From the NCBI GenBank assembly GCA_020137815.1, contig CM035361.1:6262001-6326000 (forward strand): DNA of 64,000 bases, given 5' to 3'. Numbering within the stretch: position 1 is the stretch's first letter; the number at the start of each line of letters is the position of its first letter. Both the position numbers and the translations under genes were made by a program. The DNA comes from Hormiphora californensis (Eukaryota; Animalia; Ctenophora). Below, piece by piece: positions 1 to 58,462 of this stretch. The notes beneath the pieces were generated by a model. The model did not search any database. It saw only the letters and a list, made by a program, of their open reading frames with translations, and was not told the DNA's origin.

Positions 1-2253
1 CACTACTTCATTAAGTGTCTGGTGGGCTGTTGGTCATCACCCTTGGTGCTTATCATAGGAACTTACGTCACTGCCACTACTATTGGAATAGATGAGACTC
101 CGTACATCACACGATCAGGTAAATATATACATAATTTAACACGATCAGGTACGGTCTCGGAGATTCGCCAAATTGTTATATGGCTTTTCTTTTATGATCC
201 AAAATAATAAACTCTCCCATTATACAGCTCTAATTTATAACGAACCCCACCCCCCATACAGCTCTAATAAACCCCACCCTCCCCCAGCTCTAATTGGCGA
301 CGAACAATCAGACACCTGTTGGATTGGCTCACCCTGGAAGTGGGTCGGATTTATGATCCCCATCTACCTGTGTATCATGCTGAATATCGTTCTGTTTGTT
401 ATGGTGGCACGGATTATCATCAAAGCTGGGAAACAGGGCTCAAGTCACGGGCATGCGGTGAGTTAGATACTTATAGTTGATATAGGCTAGGTTACACACA
501 CTAGCTAGGTTACACACACAGCTAGGAAACACTGCCCCCCCCCCATTATTATACTGTCGCCACTCCCCCATTATACTGTCCACACTCCTCCATTCCCCAT
601 TATACTGTCCCCACTCCCCCATATAAGAGTTTTACGGTTGAGATAATTACTTGAAATAATTAATTCTAATCTATGTAATTCCTCAGAGAGAATTCAAGGC
701 GTTGCTATCGATTTCATGCACGGCATGTCTACCTTGGATAATCGCATCCCTGACTGGCATCAGTTTCCTAGCCCAGACCTTCCAGTGGCTGTTTATCATT
801 GTCACCGGGTTACAAGGTAAATATAGTGAATCCATGGTAACCAACACATGTTACCATGGTATCCGACACATGTTACCATGGTATCCGACACACGTTACCA
901 TGGTATCCGACACATGTTACCATGGTATCCGACACATGTTACCGTGGTAACCAATGTTTATGTTACCATGACAACCCCCTCAGGTCCGATAATGTTCATC
1001 TGTTTCGTGATCTTCCAGGAGGATGTTATTACAAACATTTTCAAACTTGCCGGACAAACCCCGCCAGAATTCCTGGTTAGTCTTGTTTAATAAACTAGAT
1101 TTAGTTTCAGTTTTAAAATATCCTTAGAATTAGAATCAGGATAATTTCCAATTCCTTCTATTCTAGTATGTACTCATGTCCTGAAGTTTCATTAACCCTT
1201 TAATTCTTAGTGATTCAACACAATCATCCCCCTTCAGATACCACCAAAATCCTCTAAATCGGCTCCCTCAAAGGCTGCATCCAGTGGAGCGGCGGTAACC
1301 AAGGTAACCATTGCCCCGCAACCACAAGCCTCAACTCCAGTGAAACAGGTGGAGCCCGTCCAGAAGGAGAGTGATGCTGCGAAGGAGGAGGAGAATATTT
1401 ACAGCAAAGTGTAAGGAAATCCAGTAGCACTGTTGCGTTAATTATAAATTAATTTAATTATTAATATCTTTAATTTCGGTAATTATGTAGTAAGAGTTAA
1501 TTGATTGAAATTAACTAGAACTAAATTTATTATTTAGGATTATATTATGCAGCAAGAAATCCGTTTTTAACAAATTCTATTTTTCTGCAGGGATGAAAAC
1601 GAAGATAAAAAGTCAGTAACCAATTTAGGGTAAGTCAAACATTTAAAATTAAATTGTGACAACCAATAAAATTCACCATGACAACCAATAAAATTCTCCA
1701 TGACAACCAATAAAATTCTCCATGACAACCAATATAATTCTCCATGACAACCAATATAATTCTCCATGACAACCAATATAATTCTCCATGACAACCAATA
1801 AAATTCTCCATGACAACCAATATAATTATCCATGACAACCAATACAATTCTCCATGACAACCAATACAATTCTCCATGACAACCAATACAATTCTCCATG
1901 ACAACCAATACAATTCTCCATGACAACCAATACAATTCTCCATGACAACCAATACAATTCTCCATGACAACCAATACAATTCTCCATGACAACCAATACA
2001 ATTCTCCATGACAACCAATACAATTCTCCATGACAACCAATACAATTCTCCATGACAACCAATACAATTCTCCATGACAACCAAATATAACTCCCCTCTA
2101 TTCCTCAGGGACATAGCCGCCAGCAAAGACGCCACTGCGCCAGTAGATGATGATGTAACGTACGAGAACGCGGTAGCCACTGCTGACGATGACACAGAGG
2201 CAGGAGCAAATATTAGTGCAGCTAGTTACCCGCACGTGCCGCAGCTAGTTTGA
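1..2253 (+). CDS. 3' part of an adhesion/secretin-like (class B) GPCR: TM4-TM7 and cytoplasmic tail, 5'-truncated by the window edge
   Basis: Phase-consistent GT-AG exons: <1-118, 288-457, 687-816, 984-1075, 1238-1410, 1591-1629, 2109-2253 (TGA). Translation has class B 7TM motifs: GCWSSPLVLI, DTCWI, FMIPIYLCIMLNIVLFVMV, CLPWII, QWLFIIVTGLQGPIMFICF. Confidence 0.85.
832..975. repeat. Intronic 22-bp minisatellite (CCATGGTATCCGACACATGTTA)
   Basis: About 5 tandem copies in the GPCR intron 817-983. Confidence 0.9.
1657..2085. repeat. Intronic 22-bp minisatellite (CCATGACAACCAATACAATTCT)
   Basis: About 19 tandem copies. Explains the repetitive minus-strand ORFs at 1567-2195. Confidence 0.95.
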
Positions 2254-2649
2254 GAGTCAGCTCCATGATCTCTCACAAGACCTCTAGGGGGTTTGAATCT
2301 GAGCTGGAAAGAAGAAGAGATCTCTCAGACTCTGTATATGCAGAGATAGATAGATACATCAAGCTCATTTGCATGAGCCATGCATTGTGGCCTTTTTAGA
2401 TTTGGATTTTCGGACTGATGGAAACTAGGCATGTGTTTATTTGATTTGAGTAGACTCTGACCACTGCTGAAACTTTCATAATCATTTCAGAACATAAAAT
2501 GAAAAAATATTTCTTAAAAAGTTTCTCAATTAAAACGTATACGACTCAGAAAATACTTTTCTGGTTTTTTGAATCTTTTTAGAGTTTTGCTGTTTGTAAG
2601 ATGTTTTACGTTTCCTAAAAAATATTTGTTTCTAATTTGTTATTTTTCC

Positions 2650-3380
2650 CGGACCCCAATTTACCGGGATACTAATTGGGGAACAAGGTTTTGTCCAGTA
2701 AATACCACTGGTATACCATGATAATTCCTTATAACGGGGGAAATTTACCCACCCTGCAAATCGGGGTTCCGGTAAATCGGGGTTCCGGTGAATCGAGGTT
2801 CCGGTAAATCGAGGTTCCGGTAAATCGAGATTCCGGTGAATCGAGGTTCCGGTAAATCGAGGTTCCGGTGAATCGGGGTTCCGGTAAGTCGAGGTTCCGG
2901 TAAATCGGGGTTCCGGTAAATCGGGGTTACGGTAAATCGGGGTTACGGTAAATCGAGGTTCCAGTAAATCGGGGTTGATCCGGTAAATCGGGGTTCCGGT
3001 AAATCGGGGTTCTGGTGAATCGCCGCGCGATCGAGCTTCCGGTAAATCGCTGTCAGGCCAATGCTCTGACCACAGTTCTCGCGCGCTCCTTATTTGAGAG
3101 AAATGAGAATAGGGTCAGGCCAATGCTCTGACAGGTAAATCGGGGTTTCGGTGAATCTAGGATCCGGTAAATCGGGAGCCGATAAATCAAGGCTCCGGTA
3201 AATCGAGGACCGAGGTTCCGGTAAATCGAGGTTCCGGTGAATCGGGATTCCAGTGAATCGAGGTTCCGGTGAATCGGGAGCCGATAAATCGGGGTTCCGC
3301 TAAATTGAGGTTCCGGTAAATCGAGGGGCTGGTAAATTGGGGTTCTGGTAAATTAGAACGTCCTGGTAAATCAGGGTCGA
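2650..3380. repeat. Degenerate CAGTCGGACCCCGATTT-family MITE whose 16-bp internal repeat (GGTAAATCGGGGTTCC) has expanded into a minisatellite
   Basis: Starts with a TIR-like CGGACCCCAATTTACCGGG and ends GGTAAATCAGGGTCGA, with about 30 degenerate 16-mers between. Confidence 0.75.
3050..3134 (+). mobile_element. 85-bp MITE CTGTCAG...CTGACAG with 8-bp TSD
   Basis: TSD GTAAATCG on both sides. Reverse-orientation copies at 49205-49266 and 61671-61755. Confidence 0.8.
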
Positions 3381-3551
3381 ATTTTAATTTTCTATTCGGG
3401 GGAAGTTTGTCATCCTAGTAAATTAACTTGTTTATCAGACAGAGGCCACGGCCCCCAATATTTTCATTGCAATATAGAGACATGGCCATGGTCACAAGAA
3501 GACTTGTATTGAGATCATGTTGTCATACTACATGACTGAGTGACTGACATA

Positions 3552-3722
3552 CAGTCGGACCCCGATTTAGGGACACCCTCGAGGGAAAGGCTCTTGTCCA
3601 CTAAATCGGGGTGTCCACTAAATCGGGGTCAAATAAGGTTAATTTCCTATATCGGGGGAAAAAATCCTGTCCCTAAATCGGGGTGCCACTAAATCGGGGG
3701 CCCCTAAATCGGGGTCCGACTA
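3552..3722. mobile_element. Tc1/mariner-type MITE (TIR CAGTCGGACCCCGATTT)
   Basis: TA|CAGTCGGACCCCGATTTAG ... CTAAATCGGGGTCCGACT; many near-identical copies in the window. Confidence 0.85.
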
Positions 3723-3748
3723 TTATACTACAATCTACATGACGTCTG

Positions 3749-3847
3749 AGAGAATGCGAGCAAGAAATTCCAGGTGGAAATGTGTATGACGAACTGTGAC
3801 AGTTCGTCATACACATTTCCACCTGGAATTTCTTGCTCGCATTCTCT
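3749..3847. repeat. Perfect palindrome, 49-bp arms, 1-nt centre
   Basis: AGAGAATGCG...GAACTGT-G-ACAGTTC...CGCATTCTCT. The arm motif CCAGGTGGAAATGTGTATGACG recurs at ~51479. Confidence 0.9.
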
Positions 3848-4376
3848 GTCAGAATCTGTATAACACGCACGTGAATTTGAGCCGCGGCGCGGCGCATCTG
3901 CACGTGCGGTTTTTCCAGAGAGAGTGAGAGACAATCGTATAACGTTAATGTGTGTCTCTCTCTTTAATCTCGCACGTGAATTTGAGCCGCGGCGCGGCGC
4001 ATCTGCACGTGCGGTTCTTCCAGATAGAAATTCCAAACAGAAACTCCAGATAGAAATTCCAAATAGAAATGTGTATGACGCCGTGTGACATTCCTGGTTC
4101 GGAAAGGGCAGTCTTTTGTGAGACAAAGGCGCAGTGATACTCTGAGTGCAGGAACGAAAGAAGAATTTGATTCACTGGAACTTACGTCAGTCCCTTTAGG
4201 CACCAGGAGATTCTGATTAGAAAGGCGAGATAAAACTTTTGTATCAGCGACAGCTCTGAATTGTAGTGTGCGGGGTTGAATTTCAGTTTTTTTTCACTTT
4301 TGTAATATTGAAAACACGACTCAGAAGAGCTTGTTTCTGAGCGTTTTGTCATGGCTCCTGCATTGTTGGATCCTAC

Positions 4377-50444
<46,068 letters not shown>

Positions 50445-51208
50445 TATACCCATATATGGGCATGGATAACACCCATGGGCATATCTTCTTCAACAAACAT
50501 GTGCAAACGTCCTTATATGATCATCAGGTGATCTCTAGAAGATGAGATCTGTGGGTCTACAAATTGATGAGACCGATCAGAAGATTGTGCAGACTGAAAC
50601 TAGACATTGTCATTAGCAGCGGTCGCCGTTGTGCTTTCTTGTCGTGAAAATTGTCATTGACAATTTGTCAATTTAAGAAAGCTCTTGGTGACTGAAAAAT
50701 CACCGAGCACGGTCAGCTTCACCAAACTGGTGACCAGTTCAGTTCAGAAGTAATTGACAGGAATGTGACTGTAGAACTATTGTATACCAAAGAGACAAGT
50801 AATAGCGGGGTCAGAGTATTTAATATATTTTAGCAGTTTTTTTTCAGATACGTGATGATTTTGTAGGTTTAACTTATCTGTTTGTTTTTTGTGCATCTGT
50901 GTGTGTATGTGTGTGTGTGCATCTGCGTGTGTGCGTGTGTGTGTGTGTGTGTGATCTGAGACCGATTATCAGAGGGTCTGGAACTAAACTACAGACGGGC
51001 CGATATTTATATAGCCTGATGTTGTTGAAGAGAGACAAATTTTAAACAAAGTACTTAGGTTGAAAATGAAAAACATAAGGACGATCCCTGAGTTTGCTAT
51101 TTTTGTAAAATTGAAAGGATTTCTTTACAGGCTTATTTTGTTAAATTGTTGCCAAAAAGCTTTGTTTCGCCTTTTCTTACTAGGGTATTACAGAAAATTA
51201 TGTTAATA

Positions 51209-51366
51209 CAGTCGGACCACGATTTACCGTGATGCTCGGGGGAAAAAGGTTTTGCCCGGTAAATCGGGGTACCCGGTATATCGGGGTAAAATAACGTCAA
51301 TTTCCTATATCAGGGGAAGTTTATCCTCCCGGTAAATCGGGGTTCCGGTAAATCGGGGTCCGACTG
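51209..51366. mobile_element. Tc1/mariner-type MITE (GATTTACCGG subfamily)
   Basis: TA TSD; TIRs. Confidence 0.85.
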
Positions 51367-51794
51367 TATAGTCAATGGGATGGTAATATAGAAAATGTGA
51401 TGGGGGATGGAGGGTTGAAGCGGAGGGCGAGGGTTACCCCACGCACTGCCCACCACCCTTTCAACTCTGTAATCATATCCAGGTGGAAATGTGTATGACG
51501 GACTGTACACAGTTGTACACAATTGTACACACTCTTTTTTACGATGCAAGTAAAATGCAGTTTACAAATCAATCTCTCGTAGAAAAGTATAAAAAAGATG
51601 TCATGCGCAGTTTCAAGAAGATAATGATCCATGCCAGCGTACAAAACACAAGTCCAATATCTTCTCCAAAACAAGTCCAATTTCTAGCTCACGATCCAGT
51701 CACTCTGGCCAAGTCAAGTTGCAGATAATTGCACCTCACAGAATTATATCCCTCAGTCCAGATGATCTCATCAGTCATCTATCTTTCTCACTCT

Positions 51795-54700
51795 CTAACT
51801 GACGATAACAACAGGTATATCCACACAAACGACATGTCCACTGTCAGTGTCCAACTTCCATCGGGAGACAAGTTTAATGGCGGGGTAGCTGGGCTCTACT
51901 TTCAGAGACTGAAGGGGAGAGATATAATATTATGGTTAAATGATCACTGTGTAGGGAATTGCCTGGCTAGACTGTGTTTCGGGCGCCCCGCACCTACCTT
52001 TACAAATGTAAAGGGAGGGTTAGAACATAACAAGTAGGGAATTGATCCTCAGGGAGAACTCTAAAAGTGGAATTTCTCCGGAGAAGGTTACAAATTTACA
52101 AAAAAAATCGTTGAGTAAGGCCTCTCAAATCAAAACGGGGACTCGGGATATGGCACCGCCAGATATAGATTGAATTGTGATCCGCCAGTTTTGTAAAATG
52201 TAAAATGTACACTGAACAATGTACAGTGTACAATGTATTCTGTACACTGTACAATGCACAATGTACAATGTACATTGTACATGGTGGTCAAACACTAAGC
52301 CTACCTCAGAGAAGGTGACAGAAGCTCCAGAAGCAATGGGACACGTATCTCCACAGGCCTTGCACCCATCACTGCAAAATCAGGAGTTAGGGATGGTACA
52401 GAAGAATTAATAAAGATACAAGCTCTTTCACCTTCAGTAATCAGTATTATGATCAGGAACCGACCGAAACAAGTAAACAAATAATCAGAACTCGTTATTT
52501 AGGTCACGTGACTGGTTATCAGCCAATCAGGGACCAGTATTTCCTGATTCGGTCGGTCCATGATTATTATGATCTAAACACGCGATGACAATGGTGTGAT
52601 AAACATAATTTTTCATAATTTAGTTATCTTTTAATGACCGAAGGTTCCCAAAAACGAGATCCCATAAAAAGATTGTTACATACGCAAACACGCTCTATGT
52701 TTTGAAACAAGCTAATTCTGCAACCACTCTGTATTAAAATTCGGGATGGAAACAATCCTTGTGTTTTAGTAAATCTTTTAACGGGTGACAACTAAAAATC
52801 TGAACAATTTTCTGTGAGCTCTAGCGCCGGCCCCGCTTGAGATACATCTTCAGGCCTGAGCTAGAACGATTTTTCAGACAATTTTGAATCAGAATAACAC
52901 AGCAGAAAAAACTAAAAAGTTCATTTTCATTGCGTTATCGCATCATTTCCTCTTGACCCACCAAAGCATGTGTACGGAGATTTGAGATTTCTGTGTGATC
53001 AGAAACGACCTTCCCGATGAGATAAAATTCTCAAATTTGAAATAATGGTTGTTCATGCCATAACCAACATAACTGCCAAGTTTCAACATTTTAGCTTATC
53101 GGGAAGTTGGTTTTCCACGTCATAAATGTTTCGAGAGATCGTCAAAATGGCGATTTCTCAAATTACCTGTAAACTACGCTTTGAAGGGTTTGTTACAGAT
53201 GATTCTGTGATTAGAATTGAGATTATCGGAGTGTGAAACAAAGTTAATTTCGTTCAAAATCGTCTGAAAAATCATTCTATCGCTGCCCCGAAGCTGTATC
53301 TCAAAAAGAACAGGCGCTAGAGGTGCTAGAAAAGTGTGTAAATTTCAAGTACTACATGCTTTGGTGGGTCAAGAGGAAATGATGCGATATCGCAATGAAA
53401 ATGAACTTTTTAGTTTTTCCCGTTGTGTTATTCTGATTCAAAATTGTCTGAAAAATCGTTCTATCACTGGCCTGAAGCTGTATCTCAAGCGGGGCCGGCG
53501 CTAGAGCTCACAGAAAATTGTCCAGATTTTTAGTTGTCACCCGTTACAACCCAGACTGGTTTAGCCCTTATATTAATACTAGCGTACCCACCGGATACCT
53601 ATCAGAGAGCATTGGCAATGAGACAATGAATCGGATATACGCTTTATATAAATTGGGTTTTGATAACCCAACCAGCTGACCTCTTTGTCAACAATTTTAC
53701 TGTTGCCATGTGCAACTGTATCGGTAACCCCTTACCCCCATTATCATTTTCCCACTGAAAGCGACTGGGTAATTATTAATTAACGAGGCACCCCCTGGAA
53801 AGGTGACCCCCCCCCTTTTTTATAAACTGACACCTCTACCAGGGGTAACAACGGTCAGGGGAAAGAGAATGCATGGTTAAAACCCGGGATCAGCTAGGAA
53901 AAAGGTGTCAGTTTGAAAACAAAAGTGGTCACCTTTCCAGCCAACTAATTTCTGCAATTGGTTTTTGGTATAATTTAGTTATTTTTTAATGACCAAAGGT
54001 TCCCAAAAAAGAGATCCTATAAAAAGATTGTTAAGTCAAGAATATCTTGTTAAGATAGTTCTCGTGCAACCACTGCTACTGTATACAATTCGGGATAGAA
54101 ACAATCCTTGTGTTTTAGTAAATCTTATACAACCCAGACTGGTTTACTGGTTTAGCCCTTATACCCACCGGATATGCCTTATACAGCGACCGGGTAATTA
54201 CTAATTTAATTAACAATGCACCCCCTGGAAAGGGGAACCCCCTTCTTTTTCAAACTGTCACCTCTGCCAGGGGTTGTTGAGTAAGGGGGAACTCAACAAG
54301 CCAGGGGGAGGGGAGGGGAGCGGAGAGATGAAAAAAGCTTTTAAAAGATCATGATGAAAACCCGGGACAGGAAAAAGGTGTCAGTTTGAAAACAAAAGTG
54401 GTAACCTTACCAGCCAACTAATTTCTGTCGGCTTTTGGTATAATTTAGTTATTTTTTAACTAGTAGGCCCGTTCGCCCTACGGGCGAATTTCGGGGAAAT
54501 GGTTGATTGATTAGGGATAAACATAATTTTTCATAATTTAGTTATTTTTTAATGACCAAAGGTTCCCAAAAACGAGATCCCATAAAAAGATTGTTTAGTC
54601 AAGAATATCTTGTTAAGATAGTTCTCGTGCAACCACTGTTACTGTATAAAATTCGGGATAGAAACAATCCTTGTGTTTTAGTAAATCTTATACAACCCGT

Positions 54701-57700
54701 CAACCCAGACTGGTTTAGCCCTTATACCCACCGGATACGCCTTATATTATATAAGGCCGCTATATGGTTGGTTACCGATACAGTTGCCATATACAGTCGG
54801 ACCCCGATTTAGGGCCCCCCGATTTAGTGGCACCCCGATTTAGGGACAGGATTTTTTTCCCCCGATATAGGAAATTAACCTTATGTGACCCCGATTTAGT
54901 GGACACCCCGATTTAGTGGACAAGAGCCTTTCCCCCGAGGGTGTCCCTAAATCGGGGTCCGACTGTAGTATAATACTAACCAACCATATAGCGGCGCCAT
55001 ACCCCATTTGATTCTCAAATTGGGTGCGCTCAGATGGGGTCGCGGCGCCAGACAACCTTATATAAAAGGTTTTGACAACCCAACCGCGGCTCCGCCGGCT
55101 GACTCTTTTTGTCAACAATTTTACTGTTGCCATGTGCAACCGTATCGGTAACCCCCCGTTACCATTTTCCCACTGAAAGCGACCGGGTAATTATTAATTT
55201 AATTAACGAGGCACCCACTGGAAAGGTGAACCCCCTTCTTCTTTAAACTGACACCTCTGCCAGGGGGAGGGGAGGGGAGCGGAGAGATGAAAAAAGCTTT
55301 TAAAAGATCATGATTAAAACCCGGGACAGGAAAAAGGTGTCAGTTTGAAAACAAAAGTGGTCACCTTTCCAGCCAACTAATTTCTGTCGGTTTTTGGTAT
55401 AATTTAGTTATTTTTTAATGACCAAAGGTTCCCAAAAAAGAGATCCTATAAAAAGATTTTTTTTCAAGAAATTTTGTTAACATAGTTCTCGTGCAACCAC
55501 TGTTACTGTATAAAATTCGGGATAGAAACAATCCTTGTGTTTTAGTAAATCTTATACAACACGTCAACTCAGACTGGTTTAGCCCTTATACCCACCGGAT
55601 ACGCCTTATATACTATATGGCAACTGTATCGGTAACCAACCATATAGCGGCGCCATACCCCATTTGATTCTCAAATTGGGTGCGCTCAGATGGGGTCGAG
55701 GCACCATACAGCCTTATATAAGAGGTTTTGACAACCCAACCGGCTCCGCCGGCTGACCCTCTCTGACAGCAATTTTACTGATGCCATGGCAACTGTATCG
55801 GTAACCATGGAGACTGAATCGCTAAAATGTTGTTGAGTTGTTACTCAACAACTAAAATGCGTTCTAAAATAATCACAAACTCCCAAAAGTGCCGAATAAC
55901 TTGTTGAGTAAGGGGGAAGAATGTGACTCAACAACGAATAACAGCTTTACAGCTATTTGCAGTCACAATCATACAAATGTTTTAATGAAGGAGCACTGTC
56001 TCCTATAACAACGCAGTACGCACGATTACTCTCTCGTTACATTGCAATTCGTTTCACTTTTGCTTGTCTCGGACACCAATATGAGCTCTTCTCCTCATTA
56101 AAATGCTACTTAAATCTGCCTCAAATACCAATATTCTAGCACATATGATCTCTCTGCTACCCGTGAGCACTCTCCCCGGCATGGCCTAGTCTAATCATTA
56201 GTTTATGGCAGCATTTTTGGTCAAAACTACCCACCGTCCCACCCCACCCGCCCCGCCCCGCCACCCCACCCGCCCCGCCCCGCCACCCCACCCGCCTCCC
56301 CCGCCCTGACCCGTCCCAAGGTAGAGGACTTTCTGAAACAGCTCACTACAGCGACAATCCTTGTGTTTTGGTGCACTAAGTCGCTTATCGCGTGTAACAA
56401 CTCAGAAATATTCTTATCTGCCCCACCAGTCTTGTCTTCTAGCACATTTTACATCCTAGTGGCCCTGCAAAGTGTCCTACCCCTTATTTGTGTTTGATTG
56501 TTCTCATTTATCTTTATCTCTAACGGAATTGAATACACCTCTCATCTCCATTCTCATCACCAACAACATCACGGTACCAATCATCCATCAAAATTCTGTA
56601 AGTTCACCTGTTCGTATTGTCTGTTCACAGATTGTGTAAAGTGTATGTTTGAAAGTAATTGGCCACTCAAAACACGGTATACATCGGGATGCCAGACCCA
56701 AACCCAAGGCACTCTCAAAGGCAAAACGTTACCTTGTTCCAGACCAAACTAAACTCAAGACACTCACAAAGGCAAAACGTTACCTTGCTCCGGACCAAAC
56801 TAAACTCAAGAAACTCTCAAATGCAAAACGATACCTTGTTCCAGGCCCTGTAACTTTATAGGATAAAGCTTGCGTAATCATTGAAATCTATGTATTATTA
56901 TGATCAGTTTTTAACTATCTAAATGACTGACCAAGACAGACACAAGACAAGCGTAGGGCCCTCCAATGTGCACTGCTCTCCCTTGAATTTTCAAGGGAGT
57001 TCGTACGGAGGGTTCCAGGCTATGCCGTCTATACCCGGGTGGTATGAGACTTGGTACGCCTTAGCTTAATGCCCCCAAAAAAAAAAAAAAAAAAAACGCA
57101 GTACGCACTGACTGCTGAATTGACGACCACAACGACGACGTTCATTTCCAATTTCCAAATTATAATATTAAAGATTATTTATAATTACTTAATTAATTCT
57201 AATTACCTCACGGGGAGGGGGAAAGATAACTGGAAGGAAAGATGCTTGCAAGAGGGACATTTTAGGGGAAGGATGGTTGGGGGGAGGGAAGATTGGGCCC
57301 CGGGCGCTTGCCAGCGCTATGATTCTAAATACCTCACGGGGAGGGGGAAGGGTACGGGGATTCCTGCGATGACTCCGGCTAGGCTAGCCTTCATCTTTGT
57401 AAGACCAGTTGGGGCAGTGAACTGAATGCTGATCTGATAGGAATTACCTGAAAATAGTGTTGAGAACGTGTTGAGAAAGTATACAAACAGTGTATTAAAA
57501 TGTACAAAAAGTGTACAAACAGTGTACAAACACTGATCATGCCCTTAGATATTGCAGCTGTAACTCATATAGGAACAAGATAGATAGTATCTTCACTCGC
57601 TGCATTCTCACGTTTCTCTCTTTTCTCACACAACACGCCCTACTGTACAACAGTGAAGGGGAAACATACAGCGGGCAGATCTCAGGGTGGAAGGGTCATT

Positions 57701-58462
57701 TGTTAATTATTATAATGAGATCTGATCAGGATTAAATAGGGAGGAAACTAGAATAAATATCTGGCGAGGGCCGGGCTCGAACCGACAACCTCTGCATTAC
57801 ATGTACATTGCTCTAACCTATTGAGCTACCTCGCCTACAATTTATCTACATTTCCTCTCTCTGGCCCTCCTCTCTCTGGCCCTCGCCAGATATTTTTCTA
57901 GTTTCCTCCCTATTTAATCCTGATCAGATCTCATTATAATAATTAACAAATGACCCTTCCACCCTGAGATCTGCCCGCTGTATGTTTCCCCTTCACTGTT
58001 GTACAGTAGGGCGTGTTGTGTGAGAAAAGAGAGAAACGTGAGAATGCAGCGAGTGAAGATACTATCTATCTTGTTCCAGTGTACAAACAGTGTACGAAAG
58101 TGTATAAAAAATGTACAAAACGGGTAAAAAGGGTGCAAAAAGGTACAAAAAGTGTACAAACAGTGTACAAATAGTGTACATTTAAGTGTAAAAAGTGTTT
58201 AAAAGTGTTCAAAAAATGTACAAAAAGTGTACAAAAAGTGTATAAAAATGTACAAAAAGTGAACAAAAAGGGTACAAAAAAAATTTCAAAAATGAACCAA
58301 AAGTTTACAAAAAGTACCTTTCTTCAGCTTGCACACAGCATCAGTACAATCATCACTGAACACTTTAGTGATGGCCGCTGAGCCTCCGCAGCTCTTGTGT
58401 GTTAGATCAACAGCACTTGCCAGCGCAACCAGAACCACAGCAAATACCACGAATTGTCTCAT
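51795..58462 (-). CDS. NPC2: NPC2-like ML-domain sterol/lipid-binding protein, 146 aa, 4 exons, signal peptide
   Basis: Exons 58462-58318, 57447-57333, 52371-52305, 51908-51795 splice in phase to MRQFVVFAVVLVALASAVDLTHKSCGGSAAITKVFSDDCTDAVCKLKKGNSYQISIQFTAPTGLTKMKASLAGVIAGIPVPFPLPVSDGCKACGDTCPIASGASVTFSESLKVEPSYPAIKLVSRWKLDTDSGHVVCVDIPVVIVS*. Cys spacing and the GIPVPFP and YP motifs match NPC2. Confidence 0.92.
52454..52562. mobile_element. hAT-like MITE, second copy
   Basis: Similar to 19857-19965; 8-bp TSD ATTATGAT/ATTATTAT. Confidence 0.7.
52781..53544. mobile_element. mariner-like MITE, 764 bp, long TIRs
   Basis: TA|ACGGGTGACAACTAAAAATCTG...CAGATTTTTAGTTGTCACCCGT|TA. The empty site is visible in sister repeat units. 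Confidence 0.85.
54794..54965. mobile_element. Tc1/mariner-type MITE (CAGTCGGACCCCGATTT family)
   Basis: TA TSD, perfect TIRs. Confidence 0.9.
57572..58077. mobile_element. Foldback element with ~200-bp arms enclosing a tRNA-like sequence, in NPC2 intron 1
   Basis: Arms 57572-57772 and 57878-58077; degenerate relative at ~40313-40445. Confidence 0.75.
57762..57835 (-). tRNA. tRNA-Thr(UGU)-like sequence, probably a pseudogene or Pol III promoter module
   Basis: GGCGAGG-TA-GCTC-AATAGGTTA-GAGC-A-ATGTA-CATGTAA-TGCAG-AGGTT-GTCGG-TTCGAGC-CCGGC-CCTCGCC-A. Perfect acceptor and D stems, A/B boxes present; A instead of U33 and one anticodon-stem mismatch. Confidence 0.65.

Larger units (their letters stand above)
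52598..55810. repeat. Complex diverged tandem array (4 partial units of ~0.55-0.85 kb) in NPC2 intron 2
   Basis: TAATGACC(A/G)AAGGTTCCCAAAA.. recurs at ~52632, 53987, 54550, 55416. Confidence 0.8.

Noticed and set aside
56346-56445. Possible extra minus-strand first exon (MLEDKTGGADK...) inside NPC2 intron 2
   Set aside because: It has an ATG and a donor, but no homology support, and NPC2 is complete without it.
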